DNA of 64,000 nucleotides from contig OZ245006.1 of NCBI GenBank assembly GCA_965223545.1, positions 2,464,001 to 2,528,000 on the forward strand, written 5' to 3'. A program made the position numbers and the translations under genes. Within the stretch, counting starts at the first letter, position 1. Each line of letters opens with the position of its first letter. Shown here piece by piece: positions 38,501 to 48,222 of this stretch. This DNA comes from Planctomycetota bacterium (lineage in GTDB: Bacteria > Planctomycetota > UBA1135 > UBA2386). The notes under the pieces are model-generated. The model did not search any database and was not told the DNA's origin. It saw only the letters and a program-made list of their open reading frames with translations.

Positions 38501-39457
38501 CTGAGCGCTCTCGAACCGATCGTCTCGGCTCTTCGCCAAACAGCGAGAGACGAACGACTCCAGCCGCCTCGAAACCCGCACCCCACACTCGCCGAGGCGG
38601 CGCGGCGGCTTCGACAAGTGTGCATCGATCGCTTCCTGCGGGGTGGTGCAGGAGAACGGCATCTCGCCGGTGAGCATCTCGAACGCGATGACCCCCACCG
38701 AGTAGAGATCGGACCGGCCATCCAGCTCGACGATGTCCGCGTCACCCCGGAGGTGCTTGCACTGCTCCGGCGACGAGTAAAGCAGCGTGCCACCGCGCAC
38801 GCGCTTGACCGAAGAGTCGGCGCCCCCATCGAGCACCGCCGGCATCGACGAGCTGGCGATCGACTGCGTCAGATCGAACGCCCGCGCGGTCTCGACGAGC
38901 GCGCGCACATCGGTTTCGACCCGCCCCTCGGCGCCGACGTGCTCGCTGATGCCGAAGTCGATCACCTTGACCCGCAACGGCTCTCCCGGCAACAGGAAGA
39001 CGTTTTGCGGCTTGAGGTCGAGGTGCAACAGAGAGGTGCCGTCGGGAAGGGTGTGCGCCGCCGACAGACCGGCGAGGATCTGAAGAAGCACGTCGACCGC
39101 GGTGTCGGTGGAGAATCGGCCGTCCCGCGACAACCTCTCCGACAGCTCCTCGCCGCGGAGCAACTCCATGACGAAGTAGTGCAACCCACTCTCCGTCTTG
39201 TCGAACGTGATCCAGCGGACGATGTTGGGATGATCCAGCGTCGTCAGCAGCTTGGCCTCGCCCAGAAACCTCTCGAGCACCGCCGCATCGGTGGACGCAA
39301 TGTTCAGCACCTTCACCGCGACGGACACCCCGAGCATCTCGTCGACGGCTTCGTAGACCGTGCCGAACGTCCCCTTGCCTAGCTTGCGCCGAACCCGGTA
39401 CTTACCGCTGAGAAACTCGCCGGTCAGATCCGGCTGAACACGGTTCGGCGTAGTCAT
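35558..39457 (-). CDS. Membrane Ser/Thr protein kinase with Ig-like extracytoplasmic domains and a C-terminal FGE-sulfatase domain
   Basis: LGKGTFGTVY, VAVK, HLDLKPQN, DFG, YSSPEQ, DLYSVG; TM WPWIAGVAVALALLALWV; C-terminal PVTGVDW...KRLPTLVEWE...SNVAEW...GFRCA. Confidence 0.9.
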   Translation of the reverse strand: MTTPNRVQPDLTGEFLSGKYRVRRKLGKGTFGTVYEAVDEMLGVSVAVKVLNIASTDAAVLERFLGEAKLLTTLDHPNIVRWITFDKTESGLHYFVMELLRGEELSERLSRDGRFSTDTAVDVLLQILAGLSAAHTLPDGTSLLHLDLKPQNVFLLPGEPLRVKVIDFGISEHVGAEGRVETDVRALVETARAFDLTQSIASSSMPAVLDGGADSSVKRVRGGTLLYSSPEQCKHLRGDADIVELDGRSDLYSVGVIAFEMLTGEMPFSCTTPQEAIDAHLSKPPRRLGECGVRVSRRLESFVSRCLAKSRDDRFESAQAAYAELARVAKPPAVWPWIAGVAVALALLALWVMRPAPGLDPIDLAIEGGTVYLGPQQPDLRIGVANLKLSHQEARLRLVSDPQTGIDVLPGWQLGFVGDERAHSLSIAAPGDLQRMVDVRGYVEVIAGGSTQYSEPIRVVYLAGEAWRLERVVVPGRQDRVLDPVGMALDVEISGDPAFIDSVTVAAGGQMRAAPLDRSRSVNDKSVFSLPLSWLAGEEREARTVEFLVEVADHAGVVRTETLAMDVDPRPLTLSLDLQGCVRARPGVFIVPARAVPKLVAATNRPAVTSIVVRDQDGAEVAVELHVEGDGTRLSFPQLDRPYTGVIEVAADDSSSSFHADRSRGEAKARVEFLYEPRPPELTVSPEGLEPVEAGGGSPEYYTNGDAVVLSLQRNQVQVTAEVAWRGPGGTAATRSVSLHGNSSAATEVPLAVDGEYDIEVAAFRRQAGGIDKPEEPEFRYRLVVIRDSTPPTLQLRSTVGATVQSDVGAGEPVVEVGVEDAGGSGRTPVYLQWVVHRGGRPIDSAARAPDVLLPGRAAVRRSWADLAVDPATLSDGDYQLVVSGQDAAGNALHVDPDSLPRWTVAKDGPALRFQSPVGARWFSKERNRFQVVVRAEDPNGVTSVRCTARDNDGRLLGPITLSSATEDRTVSQWDGVFELPASWSAERLELVCEATDSSGNVSRATIESIEVESFEVQRPALVSVHRVRAPAVGIGAMRLVSGDARYAFAGRSVREEQATFRDYGLEHRGQPQLDYRPVETFYLDVNEVTVEQYAAFLRAEDGFGDAGHWDGDPPAADRRASLLRRLEQQEGALPVTGVDWREASAYARWAGKRLPTLVEWEYAVRGGRSYRPYSCAQVGGMLEPDEFNVDLDMTGGRSPWPVERGGDVTPDGVGAGIRNLCSNVAEWTATDGGGTQRRFAAGASYDSLGAFHFYVAAPRQITDRRPSLGFRCAVDVATVDAATESGSVAGVEFRSARN

Positions 39458-39591
39458 CAGCGCATTCTTGGGGGCGCACTCGCGACGGGCCTACAGCGCA
39501 CGGCCGCAGCCGGGGATTATCCGCCACCGTTGTTCACGAAGCAAAAGGAGTCGGTTGGGCCGACCGGGCCACTTTCGGCCTACCGCGAGGG

Positions 39592-42500
39592 TCAGCGCCC
39601 TCCCCAGAACACTCTCAAGTCGCTGCTGTCGTAGCCCACGATGGCCACGTCCGGGTCGCCGTCGCGGTCGATATCGCCGACCGCTACCGCCGAGGGACCA
39701 ATCTGCCCCGTCGCGATCGGCACCCCCGTCGCGAAGCCGCCGTCGACCTGGCGCAGGACAGAGAAGTCAGCGCTCGTGCGGTGGACACAAATCAAATCGA
39801 TGGCCCCGTCGCGGTCGATGTCGGACGCCGCCAGGGACTCGGGCGCGATCCCGCCGCAGCCCACCGGCGGCCGGACCACGAACGAACGCGGCGCGACTTG
39901 TACCAACACCGTCACGTCGTTGGTGTCGCGGTTGGCGCAGGCGACGTCGGTATCCCCGTCTCGGTCCAGGTCGGCGATGACCACGGCACTCGCGAACCCG
40001 CCTCCCGTGGCAATCGGAGCACCGACGCTGAACGATCGCGGCGCGTCTTGAAAGGCGATCGTCACGCTGTTGCTGGTGCCGTTGGCAGCGACCACGTCGA
40101 CCGCGCCATCGCCATCGAGATCACCGATCGCCACGTCCGTCGCGGAAGCACCACCGAGTAGCATGCCACCGGGGGTCGTGAACACGCCCGACTCGCCCTG
40201 ATAGTGTACGACGAAACGGCCACCGCGGTTGACCGAGACCAGATCGACGCCGCCGTCGCCATCGACATCTCCGATCGCAATCGCGGCGGGCCGGATCCCC
40301 CGCGCACCAACGGTCTGCACGGGTCCGAAGGTGCGCGCGGCGCCTTGGTAGATCACCGACAGCGAGTTGTTCAGCTCGTTCGTCGTCACTACGTCCAGAT
40401 CGCCATCACCATCGACGTCTCCGAGAGCCACACCGAGTGGACCGCGGCCGACAGTCGAGATCTCCGGCAACGACGTGAACACGCGTGGCGCGTCCTGGAA
40501 GAAGACCGTCAGGCTGCCCTGCGGTGTGGGGACGAAGTCGAGATCGGTCGTGACGACATCGAGGTCCCCGTCACCATCGAGGTCACCGACGGCCACCGCG
40601 GTGGGATTGAGCCGACGGGTGGGGTGCGGATCAGTGGGCGTGAACTCGCCGGCGGCGCTCTGGAAGAACACCGTGGCGGCCGATGCGTCCGCCAACAGCA
40701 AGTCGCTGCGGCCATCGACGTCGAAATCGGCGGTCGCCAGCGCGTTGATGCCGAGAGTGCCTACGCGCATCTCTCCCGCTGGCACGAGCGCCCCCGTCGA
40801 GTCCTGAAACAGGAAGGTGACGCCGGAGGGCGCCGCCGGAAACCGCACTCCGGCGCTGGCGAGCGCGACGTCCAAGTCACCGTCGTGATCCAGGTCGGCC
40901 ACCACCATGGACTCGATTTCGGGGCGCAGCGCGGCCACCGGTGCTTCGGCGACCAAGGCCCCCGCCGCCGACGCGCGCAGCACCGTGACGTCGTTGGAAC
41001 CGCGGTGCGCACACAGAACATCGACGTCGCCGTCCGCATCGAGATCGACGGCCTGCAAGGCCTTCGGCCGAATCCCGCCAGTGGCCACCGGCGCCAACGC
41101 GGCAAACGTCCTGCCAGCGCCGTGGCGGAGCACGACGACATCGTCGGTCACACTGTGGGCCGAGAGCAGATCGACGTTGCCATCGCCGTCCACGTCTGCG
41201 GCCGCGAGCGCCTCGGGTCGACCGGCGGAAATGGTCGCGAGGGTCTCGACGGAGAAAGAGGTGGCTCCGTTCCGCCACAAGGCCACCACTTCGCCACCGA
41301 CGTGGCTGGCCGCCAGATCGACATCGCCGTCGCTGTCCAGATCGGCCGCGACCAGAGCCGCCAACCCTGGGGCACCGGTCGAGACCGACGGCTGCGCGAA
41401 GAACGACCCCGGCGACGCCTGCAGAAAGACCGTGACGTCGCTGCTCGTACTATCGCCCACGGCGAAGTCATGGTCACCGTCGCCGTCGAAGTCCCGCGCG
41501 ATCAGGAACGCCGGCGCAGTGCCGGGCACCGCGATCGGGGTCTGCGCCGCGAAGCTGCGGTTGGCGCCCTGAATCATCACGGTCACCTCCGCGGGTCCGG
41601 ACTGAAGCACCGCGTAGTCCGTGTCGCCATCGCCGTCGAAGTCACCCACCGCCGTCGCGCGGTGCGCGCGACTCGCGGCCTGGCTCGAGACCGTCGCGTA
41701 GCTCGGCAGCACTTGCTTGGCCACCGTCGTGCTCGACGAGGACCCCTGCTCCTCGTCGAAGCAAATGGCGCGGACCAAGAACTGGCCACCGACGGCAACC
41801 GTGCGGCTATCCCAGATGAAGTGCCCGACCTGCCCCGTTCGGCTACTCGCCACCGGGTGCCGGAACGGATCCCGGGCCGCCACGCGCCATCTCTGACCGG
41901 GGGACACCGCCGCGGCCAATGGCGCCACGAACGTGACGTCTCCCGTCTTGCCGCTGACGCTGCGCACGACTGCGGTCTGCGCGACCCCTCCGCTGGCGAG
42001 GAGATCCGCAGCCACCGGGTCGGCGACCAACACCAGGTCGAGTGGCCCGGCCGCCAATGCTCTGGCCTCGTTGGCGACTGTGCCGAGGCTGGTCACCGGG
42101 TTCGCACCGGCCGCCGCAGCGGAGCCGAGGGTGACGGCACGCAGCTCGCGATCCGCGCCCGGAGTGGGTTCGCAGAGCACCACGAGACGACGGCGATCGT
42201 CGGTCAGCGCAATCGAGGTCGGGGTAGGGAACGCCGAAGCGCCACCGGGTCGAACCGACTCCAATACGCGGGTCGCCAGGTCCAGCTGCACGACCCGATT
42301 GGCGTCGCGCTCGGCCAGCAAGCACCGGCCGGGCCGCCCCGGCCACCACGCCAAACCCGACGGATGCGCCAAGCCACCAATCCATCGCGTGATCACCGGT
42401 GCCCCACTCCAGTCGATCCGCCACAGAGCGTCATCGGCGGACACCAGCGCGGCCGACGGCCCCCAAGGCAGCACCGAACGCGGCGCACCGTCCGGCCCCG

Positions 42501-44025
42501 AGCCAGCACCTCCGTCGATGGTGGCGAGCACGCTGCCGTCGTCCAAGCTCACGGCCGAAAGCTGCCATCGCCCGCCGGTATCGTGCCCGATGAGCGCCTG
42601 GCGATTGTCGGCGTCGACCGCCAGCGTGGACGGCGCTCCGGCCAACGTGGCCACCGTCCGCGTGACGACCCCGGTCGACAGCTCGACCTCCGACAACACA
42701 CTGCCGCCGCTGGCCGCGTCCAACACCAGCGCCCTGGTCCCATCGCCGACCGGCACTGCGCCGACCGGCGCCCGGAGCGGACTGCCGCTCCACTCCGCCA
42801 CCAGGCCGGTCGGCTGCACTCGCGACCGCAAGAACTGAACTTCGCGGTGCTCCAACGCCACGCGCAGCCACGCCGCGCTGGTCACCAGCGAGGGCAGCCG
42901 CACGGTGGCAGGGTCGACGGGCACTGCGTAGCCACCGATGTAGGAGTCGTACGGCACGCAGATCCGCTTCTGATCGATGAACGCCGGGTCGTCCAGCAAT
43001 CGCAGCAGCTCATTGGGATCGGTGGTGCCCAGAGGGACGAACGCCTCGCCGGGCCGGCGCCACTGGAACAGCACGCGTACCGGATCTGCCTCCTCGTCCG
43101 TGACCACGTAGGGCACGGTGATGCCGCCGTCACTGTCGACGTTCGCGGCGAGAAAGCCGCCGTCCACTTGCACGATCGGCTCATCGTTGTTGTCGACGGA
43201 GAACTCCACCGTCTCCCGTGCCAATCCGACGCCGACCGGATCCGAAGGCGTGAAGCGAACGCGCACACGGCGTTCCTGATCGGCGAAGTCGATGTCCGTA
43301 TCCCAGAAGAAGTCGACGACGGACTCGGTCCCCGGCGTGCCGACACCGACCAACGCGACCGGCTCGGTCTGGCTCGCACCCGCGCGGCGCGCCAACTGCC
43401 AGCCGCTCGCCGGCTGCGACAGATCTCGATACTCGACCACGACGTTGACCCGGTGATTGGGATCGAGCACCGAGAAGCGCAGGCGCGCCACGCCCGAGAC
43501 CTGCAAGTTGGCGGCCGGCGGGGCCGGCTCCAGCACATCGAGAACCGGCAGATCGTTGCCCAAGCTCGCCGTCGCGGCCAAGCTGGCTCCGCCCTCGATC
43601 CGCGCGATCACGCGGACTCCACTGCGATAGCTGCCATCCAAGTGAGTCTCGTCGGCGAAGCGCCAAGCCAGACGCGCGGTGAGCCCGGCCCGTGAGGACT
43701 GCAGCGTGACGGGATTCTGGTCGAGGCCCACCATCGGACGCTCTTGGCCACGGGGGTCGTCCGGTGCGACATAGAAGAACCGCACCGTGACCGGATCCTC
43801 CTCGGGGTCCGCGACCACCAGCGATAGCGTCGCCGGAGACAGCACCGGATCGATCACGGTGATGCTGCTGACGATCGACTCGGCGTTGCTGCTGCCACCA
43901 CCGCTATTGGACAGGGCGGTCACTCCGGCAGTACCGAACCCACACCCGGCAAGTCCGACCCCGGCGAGAGCCACGACGGCCGCGATCCGCATCCGCGAGC
44001 ACCGCACTGTAGGGTTGCTCTTCAC
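39592..44025 (-). CDS. Large lipoprotein with 14 FG-GAP/VCBS repeats and a central beta-propeller-like region
   Basis: Lipobox GLAGC; I count 14 D-x-D-x-D-G-x-x-D repeats in the C-terminal half, consistent with two 7-bladed propellers. Confidence 0.88.
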   Translation of the reverse strand: MKSNPTVRCSRMRIAAVVALAGVGLAGCGFGTAGVTALSNSGGGSSNAESIVSSITVIDPVLSPATLSLVVADPEEDPVTVRFFYVAPDDPRGQERPMVGLDQNPVTLQSSRAGLTARLAWRFADETHLDGSYRSGVRVIARIEGGASLAATASLGNDLPVLDVLEPAPPAANLQVSGVARLRFSVLDPNHRVNVVVEYRDLSQPASGWQLARRAGASQTEPVALVGVGTPGTESVVDFFWDTDIDFADQERRVRVRFTPSDPVGVGLARETVEFSVDNNDEPIVQVDGGFLAANVDSDGGITVPYVVTDEEADPVRVLFQWRRPGEAFVPLGTTDPNELLRLLDDPAFIDQKRICVPYDSYIGGYAVPVDPATVRLPSLVTSAAWLRVALEHREVQFLRSRVQPTGLVAEWSGSPLRAPVGAVPVGDGTRALVLDAASGGSVLSEVELSTGVVTRTVATLAGAPSTLAVDADNRQALIGHDTGGRWQLSAVSLDDGSVLATIDGGAGSGPDGAPRSVLPWGPSAALVSADDALWRIDWSGAPVITRWIGGLAHPSGLAWWPGRPGRCLLAERDANRVVQLDLATRVLESVRPGGASAFPTPTSIALTDDRRRLVVLCEPTPGADRELRAVTLGSAAAAGANPVTSLGTVANEARALAAGPLDLVLVADPVAADLLASGGVAQTAVVRSVSGKTGDVTFVAPLAAAVSPGQRWRVAARDPFRHPVASSRTGQVGHFIWDSRTVAVGGQFLVRAICFDEEQGSSSSTTVAKQVLPSYATVSSQAASRAHRATAVGDFDGDGDTDYAVLQSGPAEVTVMIQGANRSFAAQTPIAVPGTAPAFLIARDFDGDGDHDFAVGDSTSSDVTVFLQASPGSFFAQPSVSTGAPGLAALVAADLDSDGDVDLAASHVGGEVVALWRNGATSFSVETLATISAGRPEALAAADVDGDGNVDLLSAHSVTDDVVVLRHGAGRTFAALAPVATGGIRPKALQAVDLDADGDVDVLCAHRGSNDVTVLRASAAGALVAEAPVAALRPEIESMVVADLDHDGDLDVALASAGVRFPAAPSGVTFLFQDSTGALVPAGEMRVGTLGINALATADFDVDGRSDLLLADASAATVFFQSAAGEFTPTDPHPTRRLNPTAVAVGDLDGDGDLDVVTTDLDFVPTPQGSLTVFFQDAPRVFTSLPEISTVGRGPLGVALGDVDGDGDLDVVTTNELNNSLSVIYQGAARTFGPVQTVGARGIRPAAIAIGDVDGDGGVDLVSVNRGGRFVVHYQGESGVFTTPGGMLLGGASATDVAIGDLDGDGAVDVVAANGTSNSVTIAFQDAPRSFSVGAPIATGGGFASAVVIADLDRDGDTDVACANRDTNDVTVLVQVAPRSFVVRPPVGCGGIAPESLAASDIDRDGAIDLICVHRTSADFSVLRQVDGGFATGVPIATGQIGPSAVAVGDIDRDGDPDVAIVGYDSSDLRVFWGGR

Positions 44026-45122
44026 GACTGTTCCTCCGCGTCGACGGCGTACGTGAACGTGCGCATACTCGAAAAGCGGTCGAGCTGGTGCACCTCGATC
44101 TGCACGGTTTCGCGCACCTCACTCGCCGGGATACGAAACGCATAGCGCTTGAGGCCAGGCCGTGTCTCTCCGGGCGCCACCAGCCGAACCTCCTCCCACT
44201 GAGCCACTTGTGGATCCCCGCCATCGACGCGGTAGCGCAGATCGCCGAGCTCGCTCACGTCACCGAGCTCGAGGGTGATCTCGCCGACGAGGCTGCGCTG
44301 CCCCTCGATGATCACATAGCGCACATCGGACGGCGTGAAGTCGACGCGATCCCAACGCAAGAGGTCGCGGGATCGTTCGTGGACGGCGCGCACCATCGCC
44401 GCGCACAGCTGCTCGGTGATCACGCCCGGCAGCTCGGTCGTCACCGTTTCGGACTCGGTGGCGACGAAACCCGCAGGCACCAACACTCCGAGAAAGTAGG
44501 CGCCGACGCCCGCAGCACGGTCGATGAAGCTCAACGACGCTTCACGGGACTCGCGATCCATCTGCGCGATGCGGGACGTCGCGTCGAGCGCGCGCACATC
44601 CGCCGAGCTCGCTGCACTGAGCTCGAACACCTCCATCGCGAGATTCGCGCGGTAGTAGTAGCTTCGATCGCTGACAAACCAAGTCGCCGGCCCCCCCAGA
44701 GCGAACAACAACAGGTTGGGCCAGAAGCGGTCGTTCAGCCCGGTGCGGATCGACGGGCTGTAGGTCAACGTCGCACCGAGCACCAAGTCCGCGTCGCAGC
44801 CGCGCGCCGCTTGCAGAAGCGCCTCGGACAAGGGCACACCCTCGGCGGCAGCTACGGTCAACGGAGTCACGCGCGCGAACGAGCCGCGCATGGCATCGAC
44901 CAGCTCCGCGGTGACACGCTCGGATTCGAAGGAGATCGCCAGATCGGCCGGCTCGGGATCGACCGCCCCCGACACGAGGTCGCCAAACCCATCGGCGACC
45001 GCCACGGTCGCCGGCAGCACGGCGACGTGAAACGGCAGGCGGTCCCGCGGAGAATCGAACTCGGGAGTGGCGCAGCCGACGAGTAGCCAGCACGCCGCTG
45101 CGATGGAGGGGCATGACCGCAT
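44022..45122 (-). CDS. Hypothetical lipoprotein
   Basis: MRSCPSIAAACWLLVGC lipobox; its stop overlaps the GTG start of the FG-GAP gene. Start may be 45155. Confidence 0.75.
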   Translation of the reverse strand: MRSCPSIAAACWLLVGCATPEFDSPRDRLPFHVAVLPATVAVADGFGDLVSGAVDPEPADLAISFESERVTAELVDAMRGSFARVTPLTVAAAEGVPLSEALLQAARGCDADLVLGATLTYSPSIRTGLNDRFWPNLLLFALGGPATWFVSDRSYYYRANLAMEVFELSAASSADVRALDATSRIAQMDRESREASLSFIDRAAGVGAYFLGVLVPAGFVATESETVTTELPGVITEQLCAAMVRAVHERSRDLLRWDRVDFTPSDVRYVIIEGQRSLVGEITLELGDVSELGDLRYRVDGGDPQVAQWEEVRLVAPGETRPGLKRYAFRIPASEVRETVQIEVHQLDRFSSMRTFTYAVDAEEQS

Positions 45123-45209
45123 GGGAGCAGAGGTCGCGAGGAACGGGGTGCGCAAGGCAGCGGGACGACGACCGGTCGCCCGCCATGGCGGAGACGTCGA
45201 TTATGTGAG

Positions 45210-48071
45210 GTGCCGTGCGACTGCGTCCACTCCCGCGGTACGAGCCCATACCGCCGCCCGTTGTCCACCTCCCGCCGTGCGCGCACGGACCGCGGCGGCA
45301 TACTACATGGTGTGTCGACCCGACCGCATTCGGCCACTTGCACGGCGCGCTCCCACACGACCTCGCTCAGCGTCGCGGTGTTGTGCCTTGCCGCTGCCTG
45401 TGGTGCCCCGCCCGAGGAGACCATCGATGTCGGCGCACACGGTCTGCGGCTCGCCGCGGTCGCCCAGCACGCCCTGGTCCGCGGCCCGCTGGCGGAGATC
45501 CGCGGTATCGACGATCCCCTGCACCGGCCGGACATCCCCCGCGACACCGTGCTGCTCGAGACCTTCGACGACTTCGAGCAAGAACGGCTGGGTTGGCCCG
45601 AGGACGCCGGCGGCTCCGTCGAACGCGAGGGCGACAACTCGTTCTTCGTCGTCCGCGACCTGGCACCGGGAACGCTGTTCGGCATCAACATGGACGCCCG
45701 ACCGCACCGGCACTACGTGCTGTCGCGGCGCATCCGCAGCGACCGGCCGGTGGATCTGGACTTCTGCGTGCTCGAGCGCCCGCGGCCGCTGCAGCTGGAT
45801 CGGAGCAGCACCGCACGCAACCTGATCGCCGGCTACCGGGACTCGCTCAAAGTGCACTGGTTCGAGCCACCGGAGCCCGACGGCGAGTGGCACGAGGACA
45901 AGTTCTCCTTCTTCAGCACCAGTGAGACCACGACGCTGACGCTGCTGATCCGCACCATTCGCAGCACGCACTCCCCGGCGGCGAAACGCCGCGAGATCGC
46001 CTTCGACGACATCGCCCTGCACGAGCTTCAACCCGACGACGAGCAAGCAGTGGCACTGCTCAAGACCCGCGACAATGTCGGCGGCAGCCACCTGGAAGGT
46101 CTGGTCAAACGCGGGCAGTTTCCGCCGATGTGGGGCATCCCGGGACCGCGGACTCCGGTGGACGGTTCGTTCGCGGTGCGCACCGCTCTGTACAGCCCAG
46201 CGCCGGGTGAGATCGAGTTCGCACTCCGCGTCCCGGCGCGCGCCTCGTTGCGCTTCGCCGCGACCTTGGCCCGTGAGAGCACGCCAGCCAGCCGGGCGCG
46301 GTTCTCGGTGGTCGTCCGGCACGCGGGAACCGAGCACTTGGTGTGGTCGGACACGGTCTCCGCCACGGGCGAGGATTGGTTGTGGCACGAACACCGCGTG
46401 GCGCTCGACCAGTGGGCCGACGAGCCGATCGGTCTGGTGCTGCGCACGGAGGGCGAGCAGGGTGTGCCGCAGCCGTTGTGGGGAACACCGGAGATCGCGG
46501 TGCCCGCCGCCGGCGACACCCCGCACAACGTCATCCTGATCGCCATCGACACCCTCCGGGCAGATCGCTTGCGCTGCTACGGCTTCCGCCGGGAGAGCTC
46601 TCCGCACATCGACGCACTCGCGGCCGACGGAGTTCGGTTCGAGCAGACCGCCGCCAACGCGAACTGGACCTGCCCTTCGTTCGCGTCGATCTTCACCGGC
46701 TTGACGCCGTCACGCCACGGCGTGTTCGACTGGGGCGCCACGGCCCCGCTCCCGCAGCGGCTGGACACCATTGCCGAGCAATTCCAGCGGGCCGGATTCT
46801 CCACCAGCGCCATCATCTACAAGGCACCGCTGTACGACGCCGGCTACGACCAGGGGTTCGACGTCTTCTTCAACGTGCCCCGCCCCTACCAGGTCGGCTC
46901 CGAGAACCTCGCCGAGGCACTGGCGTGGCTGCAGCGACACCGCGACCGGCGCAACTTCTTGTTTCTGCACTTCAACGACCCGCACCAACCCTTCACCCAA
47001 CCGCAACCGTTCGACAAGCACTTCGGCGCCAACCCCGAGGCCAGCGGCGTGCAGTTACCGCACTTCGTCGATCCGCGCCGCGATCGGCATCGGGCCCGGT
47101 TGATGCGGTTGCTGTATGCCGGCGCGGTGGCGTATGTCGACGACTGTGTGGGCCACTTCCTCCAGGCGCTGCGCGACGCCGACCTCTACGAGGACGCCGC
47201 GATCGCTTTGGTGTCCGACCATGGCGAGGCGCTGTGGGAGCACGGCCACTTCGGCCACGGCCAGCTGTTGCTGCGAGACAGCGTGGTCCGCGTTCCGCTC
47301 TTGGTCAAATCGCACCGACCCGACCGCGCCCGCGGTGTCGTGGTGCCGGATCAGGTCGTTGCGTTCGACATCATGCCGACGCTGCTCGAGCTCGCCGGTC
47401 TACCGGTCGAAGCCGGCTTGGACGCGCGTTCGCTGGTGCCACTGCTGGCGGCCAACGCCGCACCACAGCCCCCGCGGATCGCGGTCGTCGAGACCTCGGC
47501 CAACGGACTGGCGGCGCGCACGCCTCAATGGAAGTACGTGCTCCACACGCCGGGCACCGAGAGACTCTACGACCTCGCCGCCGACCCCGACGAAGCCACC
47601 GACGTCCTGGATGAACAACCGCGGGCCGCGGCTCGGCTGCGGCACCACGTGCTCGATCACGTGCTCCGCCATCGCCCCGGTCGATACCTCGCCGTGCTCG
47701 CTGGCGAGCAACCCATCGACCCGGTGGAGCTCACCGACGTCGAGCGCGTCGCGGTGCTGTTCGGGCAGGACCGCACGGCCGACGGCGGCGACCGGCTGCA
47801 GATCGCGCCGCCCCACGGCTCCGGTGTCGATACGATCTACCGCATCCGCGCCGAGGCGAGCCCGCGCGCCACCCGAGACGGTCGGTCCCGGCGCTTGCGC
47901 GCGGCGTTGTACACACCAGGTCGCCTGCAGGAGCTGATCGAGGCGGGCGCGGGCGGCGCCTACGTGTTCGACGGACCACCGCCCCATGACGTCGAGGCGC
48001 GGCGCGCGCGCAGCCTCGACCTCCAGCTCACGGACGCGATGCGCGCCCTGGGCTACGTCGGCGGCAAGTAG
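45210..48071 (+). CDS. Sulfatase-like hydrolase/transferase (alkaline phosphatase superfamily) with N-terminal beta-sandwich domains; probable lipoprotein
   Basis: NVILIAIDTLRAD, WTCPSFASIFTG, DPHQPF, YAGAVAYVD, SDHGE, LYDLAADPDE, terminal MRALGY. True start probably near 45312. Confidence 0.85.
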   Translation: MPCDCVHSRGTSPYRRPLSTSRRARTDRGGILHGVSTRPHSATCTARSHTTSLSVAVLCLAAACGAPPEETIDVGAHGLRLAAVAQHALVRGPLAEIRGIDDPLHRPDIPRDTVLLETFDDFEQERLGWPEDAGGSVEREGDNSFFVVRDLAPGTLFGINMDARPHRHYVLSRRIRSDRPVDLDFCVLERPRPLQLDRSSTARNLIAGYRDSLKVHWFEPPEPDGEWHEDKFSFFSTSETTTLTLLIRTIRSTHSPAAKRREIAFDDIALHELQPDDEQAVALLKTRDNVGGSHLEGLVKRGQFPPMWGIPGPRTPVDGSFAVRTALYSPAPGEIEFALRVPARASLRFAATLARESTPASRARFSVVVRHAGTEHLVWSDTVSATGEDWLWHEHRVALDQWADEPIGLVLRTEGEQGVPQPLWGTPEIAVPAAGDTPHNVILIAIDTLRADRLRCYGFRRESSPHIDALAADGVRFEQTAANANWTCPSFASIFTGLTPSRHGVFDWGATAPLPQRLDTIAEQFQRAGFSTSAIIYKAPLYDAGYDQGFDVFFNVPRPYQVGSENLAEALAWLQRHRDRRNFLFLHFNDPHQPFTQPQPFDKHFGANPEASGVQLPHFVDPRRDRHRARLMRLLYAGAVAYVDDCVGHFLQALRDADLYEDAAIALVSDHGEALWEHGHFGHGQLLLRDSVVRVPLLVKSHRPDRARGVVVPDQVVAFDIMPTLLELAGLPVEAGLDARSLVPLLAANAAPQPPRIAVVETSANGLAARTPQWKYVLHTPGTERLYDLAADPDEATDVLDEQPRAAARLRHHVLDHVLRHRPGRYLAVLAGEQPIDPVELTDVERVAVLFGQDRTADGGDRLQIAPPHGSGVDTIYRIRAEASPRATRDGRSRRLRAALYTPGRLQELIEAGAGGAYVFDGPPPHDVEARRARSLDLQLTDAMRALGYVGGK

Positions 48072-48222
48072 CTCCGCCGCGGGCGCAGCCGGGGATTCTC
48101 GGCTTTTCGGCGAGAAGCCCGTCACGGGCCGGGGGGGCCTCCCCATCTCCACCGCGGGCTCGGGCGCCGCAGCCAAGCGACGCGGCCGCGAGCGACATCA
48201 CGCCGAACGCGAGGAAACAGAG

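Noticed and set aside
1..39457. Diversity-generating retroelement targeting the two FGE-domain C-termini (near 1100-1170 and 35560-35700)
   Set aside because: FGE domains are common DGR targets, but I found no reverse transcriptase and no near-identical template repeat differing at adenines in this window.
39592..41700. Repeated DNA motifs (gtcgccgtc/atcgccgtc) suggesting a repeat array or CRISPR
   Set aside because: They are the coding FG-GAP repeats (DxDGDGDxD) of one ORF, degenerate at DNA level; no cas genes and no constant repeat-spacer structure.
40204..43695. Very long alternative-frame ORFs (1163 aa here; also 48028-51315, 23375-25555, 5969-8047)
   Set aside because: Antisense shadows of real high-GC genes; they have no motifs and fully overlap well-supported CDSs on the other strand.
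18300..48129. Shared intergenic 12-mer CCCGTCACGGGC at 18300-18311 and 48118-48129
   Set aside because: Only two copies of a short GC-rich near-palindrome; cannot be distinguished from chance without a genome-wide count.
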